Shown here: positions 30,287 through 49,160 of the stretch, in pieces
Layout: every line of letters begins with the position of its first letter
Position numbering within the stretch: position 1 is the stretch's first letter
Source: the human T2T-CHM13v2.0 reference genome, Homo sapiens
Length of the DNA stretch: 64,000 bases
Assembly (NCBI RefSeq): GCF_009914755.1
Contig: NC_060925.1
Reading direction: 5' to 3' (one strand)
The notes under the pieces: generated by a model
The model's input: only the letters and a program-made list of their open reading frames with translations
What the model was told of the DNA's origin: nothing
Databases searched by the model: none
Position numbers and translations under genes: made by a program

Positions 30287-31400
30287 TGTCCCCCTTCTTC
30301 AATTTGCAAAGTGATAAAAGCAAAGGCAGCTTTGTCATGGTGAGCTACTTCTTGCAGGAGTCTGGATCTGCATCTGCAGACTATACAAAGACAAACAACA
30401 CAGATTAAAAGCACAATCATCATTGAAATCACAGCACTTCCAAATGTTTTTATCAATTTTAATGGGTTACTAGCTACTAATCTGTCTGCAGCTCCTTCAA
30501 GCACTCCAGTTCCTGGCATTAAGGTCCAGTGTGCCTAGGATGCTTTAAATATTTTTTCTTTTAATTTTGCAAAATCCAAACACAAGTTTGTAGAGTATTC
30601 TTCTAGATGCTTATTTTTTCCTAAATTTTGATCTTATTAAGAGCTATTAATAGTTTCCACAAATTCTTATGTTTAGTTCCCACAACGGGCCATATCATTT
30701 GAGGTTGAGGTGCCACTATACCACCATGTTTCCAGATAGTAGGAACTCTTGCCATACTTCTTACCGTTTCTACCATCTGACCATTTTGTTCAGACCAGCT
30801 GAACATAGTGTGGCTATGGCACGCAGACTGAGAGGTGCAATTCAAGCTAAACATCCCCTTAGGGGACCAATTAATAATGATTCCATAGGAATTGTTGTGC
30901 AGCACCTCTGCCGGTTCTGCAATGCAATCTTCCTAAACAAGTACGTTCATTTTTTTCTAACTGGGTCCAACCCTGTTTACAAATAGGTTTCTGAGGGTGG
31001 TATGCCTCAATTAGAGGAGCAGATTTATTATGGTAAATATTGAGACAAGAAAGCATGTGTAACTGCATCATAGAGTGATTACATCCAGGCATTATTGCCA
31101 GCCAAGATAGATAAAAATGCCCAATAAGTATAATTGTTCTCTGGGCCAGCCCTTATTGAAGGAATACTCACAGAAATGGTGATCACCACTATCACAGCTA
31201 CCATTAAATTACTTATTGTGACTGGTTGTCCCACTTTCCTCAGGTTTTCTTCCACCATCTATGACAGCATCTTGATCTGTCCCCAGGTGGGTGGCTGTGT
31301 TCAACAGGTGTTGCTCGTGACAGTTGGGGTCCTCCTCAGAGTCAGTCTTGACATGGCTGCAACCAGGTGTTCCTCGGGAACCTCCCAGAATATCTTCCTC
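30287..31400 (-). pseudogene. HML-3 pol-end/env remnant with internal deletion (SU N-terminus fused to TM C-terminus)
   Basis: NNSYGIIINWSPKG (SU-like) and IVLLICVVCLCIVCRC (TM helix) running into the PPT/LTR. Confidence 0.7.
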
Positions 31401-31517
31401 AAATAATTCACCTTTTAATCTTGGATACCAAAACTCCCTGGAAGGGATGGGTGCTTTGATTAATGGAGAAAGAACTAGGTAAAAACTGACCAACCCCAGT
31501 GGAGACCTGTGCCAACA

Positions 31518-32600
31518 AAGTAGCTTTATGCAGATTACCTACAATACCGTCACAGGCCTTGATATAATCAACTAAATGTGCTTTCCCTCTAATAAGTTGC
31601 AGAGCAGCCTGGCAATCAGGATTAGCATTGTTGAACGCTAATAACCATAACACTATATCCAGAGCAGCCGAATCTGCAATCACCTTTTTAAGAGACTCCT
31701 GTAACTGAGCTATAAAATCCACACATGGCGTTATTTTGGTCCCTGTTTTACAGCACTAAAGGAAGGGTATTTTTCTCCACCAGAAGTTATTTTTTCCCAA
31801 GCTCTAATGCACACTCCTCTAAGCTGTTCTATGGCATCATCCTGCATGACCACTTGTGCATCTAAACCAGCCCAGCCACCAACCCCCAAAAGTTGGTCTG
31901 CAGTTATATTAATTTGAGGTTGGGCCTGGGTGTTGTGAGCAGCCTGAATGGAAGCTTCATCTGCCCACCAAGTTTTAAATTGTAAGAACTGAGCAGGAGT
32001 TAGATAAGCTCGAGTAAGAGTGTCCAAGTCAGTAGGAATCATCTGACTAGAAACAGCAACATTCTTTAAAAGTCCCATTACAAAAGGAGAACCTGGTGCA
32101 TATTGAATAATAACTTGTTTAAATTCTTTGAGTAATTTAAAAGGAAAAGGTTCAAATGTAGCAGGAGCATGTCCTTAAGGTACAGATCTGGGGGGTGTAT
32201 TCTAACAGGGAATTGTCAAGCCTCTAAATCACCTTCTCGTCTAGCTTGCTGAATTCCTGCCTGAATAGAACTGAGAACGGTTGCTCGAGGCGCTGCTCGA
32301 ACAGTCACTGGGGCAACTACTTTTTGCCTAGTGTCCTCCAGAAAAGAAAGATCTGGAGGGTCAGGCCACTCTTTTTCTTCAAAATAATAATGAGGGGGCG
32401 CAAAAGGGTAGGGCTGAACCTCTCTCTCCTTTGCTGCTTTAGCTTTAGCTGGCAAACAAACCTGCTCTGTAACCTCTTCTGTTACTTCGTTATACTCTCC
32501 TTCCTCCTCATCTTTAGTGTGAAAAGGTTCCAAGGTGGAACAACCCAGAGCCCACACTTATCCCATGGTTACCCTGATGCTTCCTAGCTCCCCTTCTTAC
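31518..32600 (-). pseudogene. HML-3 gag remnant (frameshifted, truncated before NC)
   Basis: ORF fragments 32216-32557, 31731-32078 and 31408-31722 with capsid-like motifs. Confidence 0.75.
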
Positions 32601-32697
32601 TCACCACGGGGATTGCTTTAAGAGTACTTGGGTGTCCTCCAGCTTAGTTCCACGTTTTCCAACTGTCACTCCGGCGACCCTTCAACCTGGGTTTGAG

Positions 32698-32715
32698 GCC
32701 CCATGTTGGGCTCCA
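32698..32715 (-). promoter_or_regulatory. Primer binding site, tRNA-Lys(CUU)
   Basis: TGGAGCCCAACATGGGGC, 2 nt from the 5' LTR; 16/18 to TGGCGCCCAACGTGGGGC. Confidence 0.85.
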
Positions 32716-33801
32716 CTTGCTGAGACCAGCTCAGTCAGGGAGACCCTAACCCAGTGGCACTAGAGGAATTAAAGACACACACACACAGAAATATAGAGTT
32801 GTGAAGTGGGAAATCAGGGGTCTCACAGCCTTCAGAGCTGAGAGCCTTGAACAGAGATTTACCCACGTATTTATTAACAGCAAGCCAGGCCAGTGATAAG
32901 CATTGTTTCTATAGATTATAGATTAACTAAAGGTATTCCTTATGGGAAATAAAGGGATGGGCCAAAATAAAGGGATGGGTCTGGCTAGTTATCTGCAGCA
33001 GGAGCATATCCTTAAGGCATGGATGGCTCATGCTATTGTTTGTGGTTTAAGAATGCCTTTAAGCAGTTTTCCACCCTGGGTGGGCCAGGTATTCCTTGCC
33101 CTCATTCCAGTAAACCCACAACCTTCCAGCATGGGTGTCATGGACATCATGAACATGTCACAGTGCTGCAGAGATTTTGTTTATGGCCAGTTTTGGGGCC
33201 AGTTTATGGCCATATTTTGGGGGCCTATTCCCAACAGTGGCTTCTCTGGGTGCCCAGTCTTTCCATGTGAGTGCTAAGAACCTGATTTCTATCCCCTTTC
33301 CTGAATTGAAGTCTTCAGGTGCTTGGTAGCCTTATTGTACAGGTTCCACAAATCCATGTGCCTGCCAACCATTGCTGCATATGGAATACATATCTGACAC
33401 TATGTGTGTACTATTACTTTTCAGACATAGGCTTGTGAAGTGGCAGCAGTGGCCAAGACACAAGTCACTTTTCTCCAGGGTGGGCTTGACAACTAGGTCT
33501 GAGACACTGACTACCAAAAGGAGCTGGTTGCAAGCAAGGCCTGGAAGTCTGGATGGTGACAGTGCCTGGCTCACAGAGGCCAAGATCCATCAGCTAAAGC
33601 TTCACTCCAGGCTTAGCAAAATTCAGGTGAAATGGATGTCCTGACAAGGAGCATTAGGGGACACTGCAGAGGAGGTGCTGAGGAGTCCAACAAGGTCTGG
33701 ATGAGACTGTTAGTCCTACACAGTCAGTTCATTTACTGATGAAGAGATGGAGGCTTGGCTTGAGGCTCAGCAGCTGTGGATGGTGCAAAGATTATGTGCC
33801 A

Positions 33802-34090
<289 letters not shown>

Positions 34091-34257
34091 ACTGCGTGCC
34101 CACCATGGTGCTGAGGTGACTCCCGCACATGACACCTTTACTTCTCATACCCTGAAAAGTTCTTCTTCTTCTTCCCATATTTCACAGGCGGAACTTGAGT
34201 TTCAAAGAGGTGAAATGACATGTCCAAAGTCACACTGACAACTGTGCAGGGAGATAA

Positions 34258-34697
34258 TGAGGTAAGAGGCAGGCAGGACTTGTCTCTGGACCAGACTGGA
34301 GACTGGCTAAAACAGAGAAGAGACACTGAGCATCTCCCATTGCTCTTGCTGCCCATCACCATGAGACACTCCCACCAGTGCCATGACAGTTTACCAATAG
34401 TGTGACAACACCTAGAAGTTAATACCCCCTTCCAGGGCAACACTGAGAGGTTACCACCCATTTTCTAGCTATTTCTGAATAACCCACCCCTTAATTAGCA
34501 TGTCATTAAAAGTGGGTATAAATATGACTGCAACCCACACCCTGTTGCTACTCTGGGTGCACTGGCAATGGGGTAGCCCTCCACAGGAGCAGTCAGGGAG
34601 CTGTAACACTGTTGCCACCACAGTAAAGCTGCTTTCTTCCACCACTGGCTGACTTTGAATTTTTTCCTGAGTGAAGCCAAGAACTTGCCCTACATCA
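34258..34697 (+). mobile_element. ERV1 solo LTR (MER66/MER41-group-like)
   Basis: TG...CA ends; gacactcccaccagtgccatgacagtttac core; TATAAA at ~34517. Confidence 0.65.
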
Positions 34698-36281
34698 ATG
34701 GAACTGGAGCTGTTTTTTTTTATTCCTGGCTCAGTGGGCTTCTTCCTATGCAAATTTGCCTCCATGGTGGATTTGGGGTAAGGTGGGGAGCATGAATGCC
34801 CATAAGCGGTAGGTAAAGTGTTTTTTTCAATGTGAGGGCCTCTTCCACAGCCCTCTCAGCAGGGCAGGAACGAGGACTTTGAGGACTATGGGCATGGGTT
34901 AGGGTGGCCCCACAGAAGGGCAAGACTTCAGAAGCAGCTCTCTGATGCAGGAGTGTGGTGCCCTGAAACACCATGTAGTATCACACATGATAGCCTATTT
35001 CAACCCTTTAGAAAGGGACTCGGAGCCTCCAAGAACTTAGAGCCTCCTTCTTTGCTTCTAAATTGTTATACTCTTGGCCTGTCCTTGGCCAGGTATGACT
35101 TTTGTTGTTGTTATTCCAATGGAAACTGAGGACTTTGCAGGCCAACTGAGCTCAGGATATAGTCTGGCTCCTCCCCTTATGAACTCAGTGACTTAGGACA
35201 CATCCTTTAACTTCTCTGAGCTTTGGGGTCTTCTCTGAAAATGGAGGTTATATAATACCTTTTCCTTCATGTATTGTGTATAGATTAAATAAACTGGTGA
35301 ATCTTGAAAGGTTTTCCTGGTGACTGATGACAGTAGGCTCTCAGTAGACAATAGATATATGATGCCAATCATGAAGATGGAGACAAGAGCAGTGATGGTA
35401 AAAGATAACCAGCTCTTCAGAGTTGGCTAAAAGTCCTTATACAAGAAGACTTGATATGGTTAGACAGAAAACCCAGAGGCTCCTATGACTCATGAGGGAG
35501 GTTTTGTAATGTAACATGGCTGAATAATAAAGTGTGTTTTCACCTATAAAAGATAAATCTACTTAAGTTTCAACATGAACTTCTCTGTTCAGTTGCAAAG
35601 TAGGAACAGAGTATTTGATGAAAATTCTGAAATTTTGACTGCAAATGGAAAGAACAGAAAAGTCTCTGCCACTTCTGTAAAAGCTATGGCACAAAGCTAT
35701 GAATATTTGGGCATATGTTGACAACAGTTGACACAGAATCAGAATCACACAAGAAGCAAATCCAGAGAGGACCACACTTACATGATTTACCAATTCCCCA
35801 GTGAGGTGGGTGGGATTCATGTCAAACCCATAAACACTTTGTAAATTATTTTGAAATCTATTGTGAATACAATTTTTCTTAAGCTAATATTTCTATCAAA
35901 TAATTTATACAATGGTGTGGGTTCTGTCACTTTTAATTATTTTTGCTGTCAGTTCCTAAGATCTAAATTGAAAGAAGCTCATCAGTTTTACTGTGGATGA
36001 AGTCCTAACTGGGGAAGGGTGTGCTCACTGCCTTCTAGATTCAGGTGCCCAGACTTGGCTCACAGGTCAGGTCTCTGCATCTGGCCTGGTTCTTGATCTC
36101 CCTGGATGTGCCACGCCCATCACTTGTGCTCAGATGGTCTCTCTTTGAACCCGTTGCTGCCTCACATGGAAAACCAAATACAGAACACTGCAAGGTATAA
36201 GGTGAAGTCCCTGAGGTGTGTCATCTGGGGAAGGGCCAGCTCTGCTCTGCCACAAGGGACGCATGTGTTTGTTTTGTTCAT

Positions 36282-36343
36282 ACTTGGAAGTATGTCTTTG
36301 TAACTTGGAAGTATGTCTTTGTAACTTGGAAGTATGTCTTGTA
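36282..36343. repeat. 21-bp tandem repeat x3 (acttggaagtatgtctttgta)
   Basis: Directly visible. Confidence 0.9.
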
Positions 36344-36542
36344 TACTTCCAAGCACTAACAAGCCCCATATTGCTTTTTTTTTTTTAACATAATAATATA
36401 TGTCCCTACAAGCTGTAGAGAGGATATAGGCACCGATAATTACAGGCTAGCTCATCATTGCCCCTGGGGCTCTAGATGAAGAGCACTGTGTTGGAGGTTG
36501 GAGACTATTCTCTCATTCTCACTGGCTTCTTCACATGGTCTG

Positions 36543-36988
36543 TCTACTACTCTGGCTTCTTCAGAGAAACAGAACCAATAGGATATACATAGATATATAT
36601 GAAGAGAGAGACAGTGTTGAGAGTGTATTTGAAGGAATTTTAAGGAATTGGCTCATACAATTGTGGGAACTGGGAAGTCTGAAGTTTTCAGGACAGGCCG
36701 GCAGGCTGGAAATTCAAGCAAGAATTGATGTTTCAGTCTTGAGCCCAAAGGCAGAATGGAGGCAGAACTCCTTCCTCTTCAGGGAACCTCAGTCTTCTCT
36801 CAGAAGGCCTTTGACTGATTGGATGAGGCCCACCCACATTACAGAGGGTGACCTGATTTACTCAAACTCCACTGATTTAAATGTTAATCACATCTAAAAA
36901 ATGTCTTCACAGAAACACTAGACTGATGTTTGACCAAAAACTGGGCATCATAGTCTAGCCAAGTTGACACATAAAATTAACCATCACA
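36543..36988 (-). mobile_element. MLT2 (ERVL) solo LTR
   Basis: agagaaacagaaccaatagga ... gattggatgaggcccacccacatt ... aagttgacacataaaattaaccatcaca; 5-bp TSD gtctg. Confidence 0.8.
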
Positions 36989-37615
36989 GTCTGGGTACTC
37001 ATTTCATTAACATAGTCCTGGCTTTTTATAATTAGGGATTTCTCCCCTGATTTCTTAGCAAATTAACAGTCTTTTGATATATTGGTCTGGGCTTTTATTT
37101 CTTGTCTTTCTTCTCAAGAAGTCTGTTCCAATCTTCTTTATTTTTAATTTCACAATTTTCTTTTCTTATTAAAAGCACCACATGTACATGGAAGAAAATT
37201 GAGATATCAAAAGGAAAAATAAAAATGATTATAATACTGCCCTCTGGGAACAATCATTAGATTGTATATCTTTTCAGCCATTTTTCTATGTGCATAGATA
37301 AGCAATGACAATACTAACAATAGCTAACATGTATCAATTACTGCATTCCTGATATTAATTCATTCAATCCTCCCAGCATCAGTGAGGTGGATACCATCAT
37401 TATTTAGGAGAGGGAAACAAGGCACATAGGGGTTAAGTGACTTGCTCAAGGCCACACAGCTAGTGAAGGTCAGAGTCAGACTCAACCACTCAGGTTCTCA
37501 ACCACCGAGATTTTAAAAACTTCACTATAGTGCCCTTATATACACATATTTTTATATAATATTGGAATTATTCTGTATACAATATACAGTTTATTTTACC
37601 TAATTTTTTACATAG

Positions 37616-37939
37616 GGATGTGGTTTGGCTGTGTCCTCACCCAAGTCTCAACTCGAATTGTATCTCCCAGAATTCCCATGTGTTGTGGGAGAGAGACCCG
37701 GGGGAGGTAACTGAATCATGGGGGCTGGTCTTTCCTGTGCTATTCTTGTGATAGTGAATAAGTCTCACAAGATCTGATGGGTTTATCAGGGGTTTCTGCT
37801 TTTGCTTCTTCCTCATTTTTCTCTTGCTGTCACCATGTAAGAAGTGCCTTTCAACTCCCGCCATGATTCTGAGGCCTCCCCAGCCATGTGGAACTTTTCA
37901 GGTATGTCTTTATCAGCAGCGTGAAAATGGACTAATTCA
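37616..37939 (+). mobile_element. THE1 (THE1A-like) MaLR solo LTR
   Basis: ggtttggctgtgtcctcaccc ... ctttatcagcagcgtgaaaatggactaa; 5-bp TSD catag on both sides. Confidence 0.85.
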
Positions 37940-38068
37940 CATAGTAAAAGAAAATTAGGTTTTTAAAGATTATTAAATAGTCTTCAACTTTTCAACATCA
38001 TTTGTAGTGGTAGTAAAGAATTCTACTGAATGGAGGTGCCATTGCATATTTAATTATTCCACTTTTTA

Positions 38069-38463
<395 letters not shown>

Positions 38464-38914
38464 TTAAATGTCTTTCTTAAGTACCCAGAATAAAATTGAG
38501 GGGTCAAAGAATATTAATAACTTTGAGGCTCTTATATACAACAGACCAAATTACTCTATCAAAAAGTGGTTTCAATTCATACTCCAATGAATGTTCAGCC
38601 CCTGCAAACTCACTGATATGAGGAGCTATAAGCTTTAAAAGTTGCCACTTTAATATATGGTATATCAGTGCTGTGGTTTAAATCCCTTCATTGACTGTGA
38701 GTAGAACTTTTTTTTTCAGTGTTTGTTGGCCTTTGTATTTTTTGCCTAAATTTTTTCTTTGTCTATTTTTCCTGGAGATGGAAACTTAACTGCAGTCTTC
38801 CAAACTAAATTCTTTTATTTTGGAAATTACTTTTAAACATGTTTTTCTTTAGACTCTGATCATGGTTTCCTTTGTTTTCTGTCATCTCTAGGCCCTGGAA
38901 TCATGGTGGTCTTC

Positions 38915-39210
<296 letters not shown>

Positions 39211-39649
39211 CAATGACCTTTTTATAAACTCACTGACCTAGATGGTGGTACCACTGAGCCAGGCCTCAGCAGCCACAGTGGGCTCTGGGCAGAGGCTGGT
39301 GCTGCTTCATCTGGAGGAAAAGTTGTTCAGCCACTGGGGCAGGGGATGTGCTTGAGAAGGAGAAGGGTTTGGGGCTGCTGCCACCTGTCTGATGCCCTAT
39401 CATCCAACCTCTGGGCTGGAAGCTGCTCTGGCTATTGGAGGAGCTCTGGATGAGGTAGGGGACACAGTGCCTGCTGTTGAGGCCAGCTTCTCCTACTCCA
39501 CTGTGCCATCTCAGGCAAGTCCCACCATCTCTCTGGGCCTTGGGTGCTCATCTGGAAAGCTCAGGGGCAGTGGCTCTTTCATAGGCATGTAGTAAGGATG
39601 AAATAGAAAAGTGTCTTGTGGATGGTTACAAATTTTAACAAAAGCAAAG

Positions 39650-45220
<5,571 letters not shown>

Positions 45221-45399
45221 TTTTCTTTAGGAAAGTTATTATTTAGAGCTCTGACTGTGGTTCTGGCTATTTAAAGGAAGTGCTGGCTGGTTTGGGGTGG
45301 GCAGGTCCAAGTTAGTCATGTTTGGGGAATGTTTGACATGTTTGGGGAGGCTATGCTAATGACTGTCATATTAGCTTTGACCTTCCCGCCCTAATCTCA

Positions 45400-45730
45400 C
45401 AATAGTGTACTTCTCTGCATCTCAGTTTCCTCACCCTTAAAGTAAGTATGAAAATAGTGCCAATGTTATTGGGCTGTGTGAAGATTAAGTGAGTTAATCT
45501 ACATAAAGCATTGAGATTAGCTTTAGGCACCTTGTAAATGCTTTATAGATTAACTTGTTTAATCATCACATAATCCAGTGAGGTAGGTATTATATTGTCC
45601 TTACTTTACAAATGAGAAAGCTGAGACCAGAGAGGTGAAGTCATCAGCTCAAGCTTGCACAGTTGTTAAGTGGCTGAGCTAGGCTACACATCCAGGCAGT
45701 CTGTCTTGAGAGCCCACATGTCTAACCACT
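45400..45730. mobile_element. MIR fragments in opposite orientations
   Basis: ctcagtttcctc...gattaagtgagttaat, then attttacaaatgagaaagctgagac-like core (ctttacaaatgagaaagctgagaccagagagg). Confidence 0.55.
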
Positions 45731-46949
45731 CAACTCTCCTGCTGCTATCCTATATTGGGGTGGGGAGCAAAGACGGATAAGGAAGGAGTAAAGCCTGGTC
45801 TTTCCCTCCCAGAATTTAAGATGACAGTCAGGATCATGCAGAGACTTAGGGTTCATGCTTGTCAGCCCCACCCTGTACAGTCTTATCCAGCCACACCTCT
45901 TTCAGGAAATCTTCCCAGATGAGCTCTACCCACATGATCAATCCTATTTTCTCCATTCTCTTTGAACTTATGAACCTAGTTTTCTGCCTGTTGCTTTGCA
46001 ATGGTTTGACAATTATTATCAATTCAATGGATATTTATCAAATGCCTGGAATGCAGGACCGGAACCATGGGATATGCAGACATAGATAAACCATATTTCC
46101 TTTCTGCTGGGCATTTATAACTTTGTCAGGGACACAGACAAAGACATAAGAAAGACACATGCATAAGAAACACAATTTGGTATCAGTATTGTAAAAGAAA
46201 TATGAACAATGTACTACAGAGGCGTGGAAAAAAAACTTGTTAATTCAGACTGGGGTGGGTGGCCTTGGGAAGGCTTCTCAGATTGTGTATTTGCATCAGG
46301 GTCTTGAAGGATGGATAAGAGGCATGGTGGGGAGAACAATCAGAGGAGAGTATGAACAAAGACTCAGCCTGTAAAATATTCCCAGCAAATCTAAGGCAGC
46401 ACTGTTGGTGATATTATAGTTGCCTTGTTATCACCATTAATAAGAATGAGAACTCTCTGTCCTTAAGAATGTGTTTGCATCTCATTTAAATTATTAGTGG
46501 GGGCTCTGCATTCTGTGCTTCTGTTCTGGATTTCTCCAGGCAGACACAAGCATGCTCAGAGGTTCCTTGTCCTGCAAGGGACAAACTGCAGAGAGGGTGG
46601 CTGTGTTCTCTGGTTACAGTGCTTAGCTGCAGTTCTTGTCTACCTGGTCTGGCAAGAGCAATCCCTCTAGGCTGAAATGAGAGCAAAGCTGGCATCTTGC
46701 ATGGCTGATTCTACTTAGGAGTGAGGCAGGAGACAGTGCCTAAACTTTTTAGTAGTGAACCTAGCAAAGATGTTCCAGCACCTGGTTCTGGAGAAAGCAT
46801 CCAGTTGCATTGCTTTGGGTCATTCTGAGGTCTTGGGTTTGGCTTCATTTAATAGGTACCATGTGGGCTTGGAGTTAAGGTGAGGAATCAAAATACTAGA
46901 TCACCTCTGAATAAGCAGGAAACATTTTCTGGAAAATAGTTTTCAATAT

Positions 46950-49160
46950 TCCCATCTACCCACCCATCAAATATCTGTCTAGCCCCTTCTCAGTGCCAGG
47001 TAGTGAACCTAGTGCTGGGGACCAACCCAAAGATAAAAAAGATGCAATTCTTTCACTGAAACTGAGTTGTCGAGTGACATACAGTCACACAATCACAACA
47101 CTGAGTACTTTAACCAAAAGGCACAGGGAAGGGGCACCCAGCACAGAATTAGGATTAGAAAGTTGACAATTCTTGAACTGAGCCTCAATGGAGAAAAAGG
47201 AGGCAGCCAAAGAAGTAGTTCAGACCGAAGGTGCGGTGGAAGGCAGAGCATAGGATTCCCAGGAACACTTTTGATGAGGGTGGATAGAGGGGAGTTGGGG
47301 AGAGAGAGACAGTGTGTGTTTGGGGAGAGGTGGAGGTTGCTAAGCTATGTGGCTGGAGAATGTGGGCAGAGTCAGGTCAGGAAGGTTCTTTTGGGCCTTG
47401 CAACAGTGTCTGGACACTACCCTTAGGGCACCGAAGGGTTTTGAGCTTACAAATGAAATGACTTGTTTAGCTTTGCGCTTTATAAAGGACACTGTCTGCA
47501 GTGAGGACAATGCAGTGGTGAAGGGGCAGGAACAAATGCAGGGAGAACAAATAGGAGTCTGTTGCCTTTATTCAGGAAAAAGAGAATGGAGACTTGGCCT
47601 GGGCAGGGGAGTTGGACTAGGGATGGGGAGAGATTTGAGAGGTTTTTAAGGGGGTAGAATTGATTAGACATGGCTATGAAGTGGATGTGGGTGTTGTGGG
47701 GCAGAGAGGGATCAACAATGACTTTTAATGGTCTGACCTTGGCCACCACTGGGTCCCTGGTGATGCTCTTCACTGAGACAGAAATCAGAGAAGGAACTGG
47801 TTGAATCAGGGCTGGTGGCAGAGAGATGAGGTCAGTTTTGGTCATGTTGAGTTAACTGGAGATAAGGAACTGGACTGAGAATGCCGGGTCCTAAGTAAAA
47901 GATTTGGAAATCTTCAGTATAGAAGTCCTAGTTAAAAAGTTGAGAGTATTGGGTTTGAGTGAAGTGTATAAAGCAGATCAAGAACATTTTAAAGAGGATT
48001 GGAGAAAAACAGGAAAAGAATTGTGTCAAGGAGAGAGCACAAATATGGCCTGCATCAAAGAGACACAGTAAGATGAAGACTGAAAGTTGCTTGGCATTGA
48101 CAATATAAGAGCATGGCCAGTACCAGAGACAGTAGACCTGAGATGGAGCAGGGACCCCTTTTAGGATCCTGTGGGACCCTCCACGCATGGAAATAAAGAA
48201 AAATCCCGAGTTCCTTCAAGGGAAATTCCAGGCACCTCGCTAGCCCTGAGAAATAAATGGGCAACTTCGTAAGCAAGAAGGTAATAGTAACCTAAAAAAA
48301 TAGCCAAGGAAGTTAGAGTCACAGGATGTTACATTTCCCATAGAAACCAAAGATATCATCTTAACATATGTCCCTGAAGTGTTTTCTAGAAATCTAGACC
48401 CCCACCTACAGGATCCACTGGCACATGGACCTCAGATAAGGGGGAACTGAGGACTGAACTCTGACCATCTTTCTTTGTCCTAAAATTCTTCTTTAGGGGC
48501 CTGGAGGAAGTCATGCCCACGGACCAGAGCTAACATTTTTTTTCTGCTGTCCCAAACATTTTAAACAAATCTTCTTTCCCTTAACCAATTGCAAATCAGA
48601 AAATCTTTGTATCTGCCTATGACCCGTAAGGCCCCTTCACCTCCCTGCTACTCCCACCAGGCTTCAAGATATCCCACCTTTTTAGGTCAAACCAATGTAT
48701 AACCTCCGTGTATTGACTTACAGTTTTTTCTGTAATTTCTGCTTTCCTGAAAATTTCCCCTGCCTTCAAAGACCCTTGATTGCAAGCATCAGAGAGTTCA
48801 GGTCTTAAGCATGAGCTACCCACTTCTCCTTGCTTGGCACCCTGCAATAAATGCCTCACTTTCCCCCTCTCTGCAATCTTGATGTCAGTGTTTGGCTTTG
48901 CTGTGTTGGGCGGGTGGACCCCAAATTTGTTTCAGTAACAGACCTGGAAGTGCAGGAGAAAGAGAGTCAGAATGCCGTAGGCTAACAAGTGAGTGGGAGG
49001 TGATGAAGAAAGAGAGAGCAAAGATAACTTTTCAATAAATTTCGCTAAGATGGTAAGGCCAAAGAGAGAGGATGATGAAAGGAGAGGTAAGTTGGAAGAT
49101 TACTTTAAAATGGGAAAGGCTTGATCATGCTTGCATGTTGAGGGAAAGGAGTCAGTAGAG
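46950..49160. mobile_element. Decayed L2 LINE fragments, interrupted by an LTR
   Basis: Purine-rich L2-like words (gatgaggtcagttttggtcatgttgag, gcattgacaat, gagtgggaggtgatgaag). Confidence 0.5.
48139..48940 (+). mobile_element. ERV1 solo LTR (LTR39-like), 802 bp
   Basis: TG...CA ends, perfect 4-bp TSD gacc, AATAAA at ~48846. Family name from recall. Confidence 0.78.

Larger units (their letters stand above)
29776..33236 (-). mobile_element. Internally deleted HERV-K(HML-3)/HERVK9 provirus, ~3.5 kb
   Basis: Two ~515-bp direct LTRs (29776-30286, 32718-33236; MER9-like TGTTGGGAATAGGCCCCC...). 6-bp TSD gtggct (29770-29775, 33237-33242). PPT at 30287-30300. Betaretroviral gag CA (LQFKTWW, NANPDC) and env TM remnants. 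No pro/pol body. Confidence 0.88.

Noticed and set aside
30025-33277. Paired similar ORFs (MGLASYLQQEH...) at 30025 and 32942
   Set aside because: Antisense translations of the two LTR copies.
36282-36343. Short direct repeats as a CRISPR-like array
   Set aside because: No spacers, eukaryotic context; simple tandem repeat.
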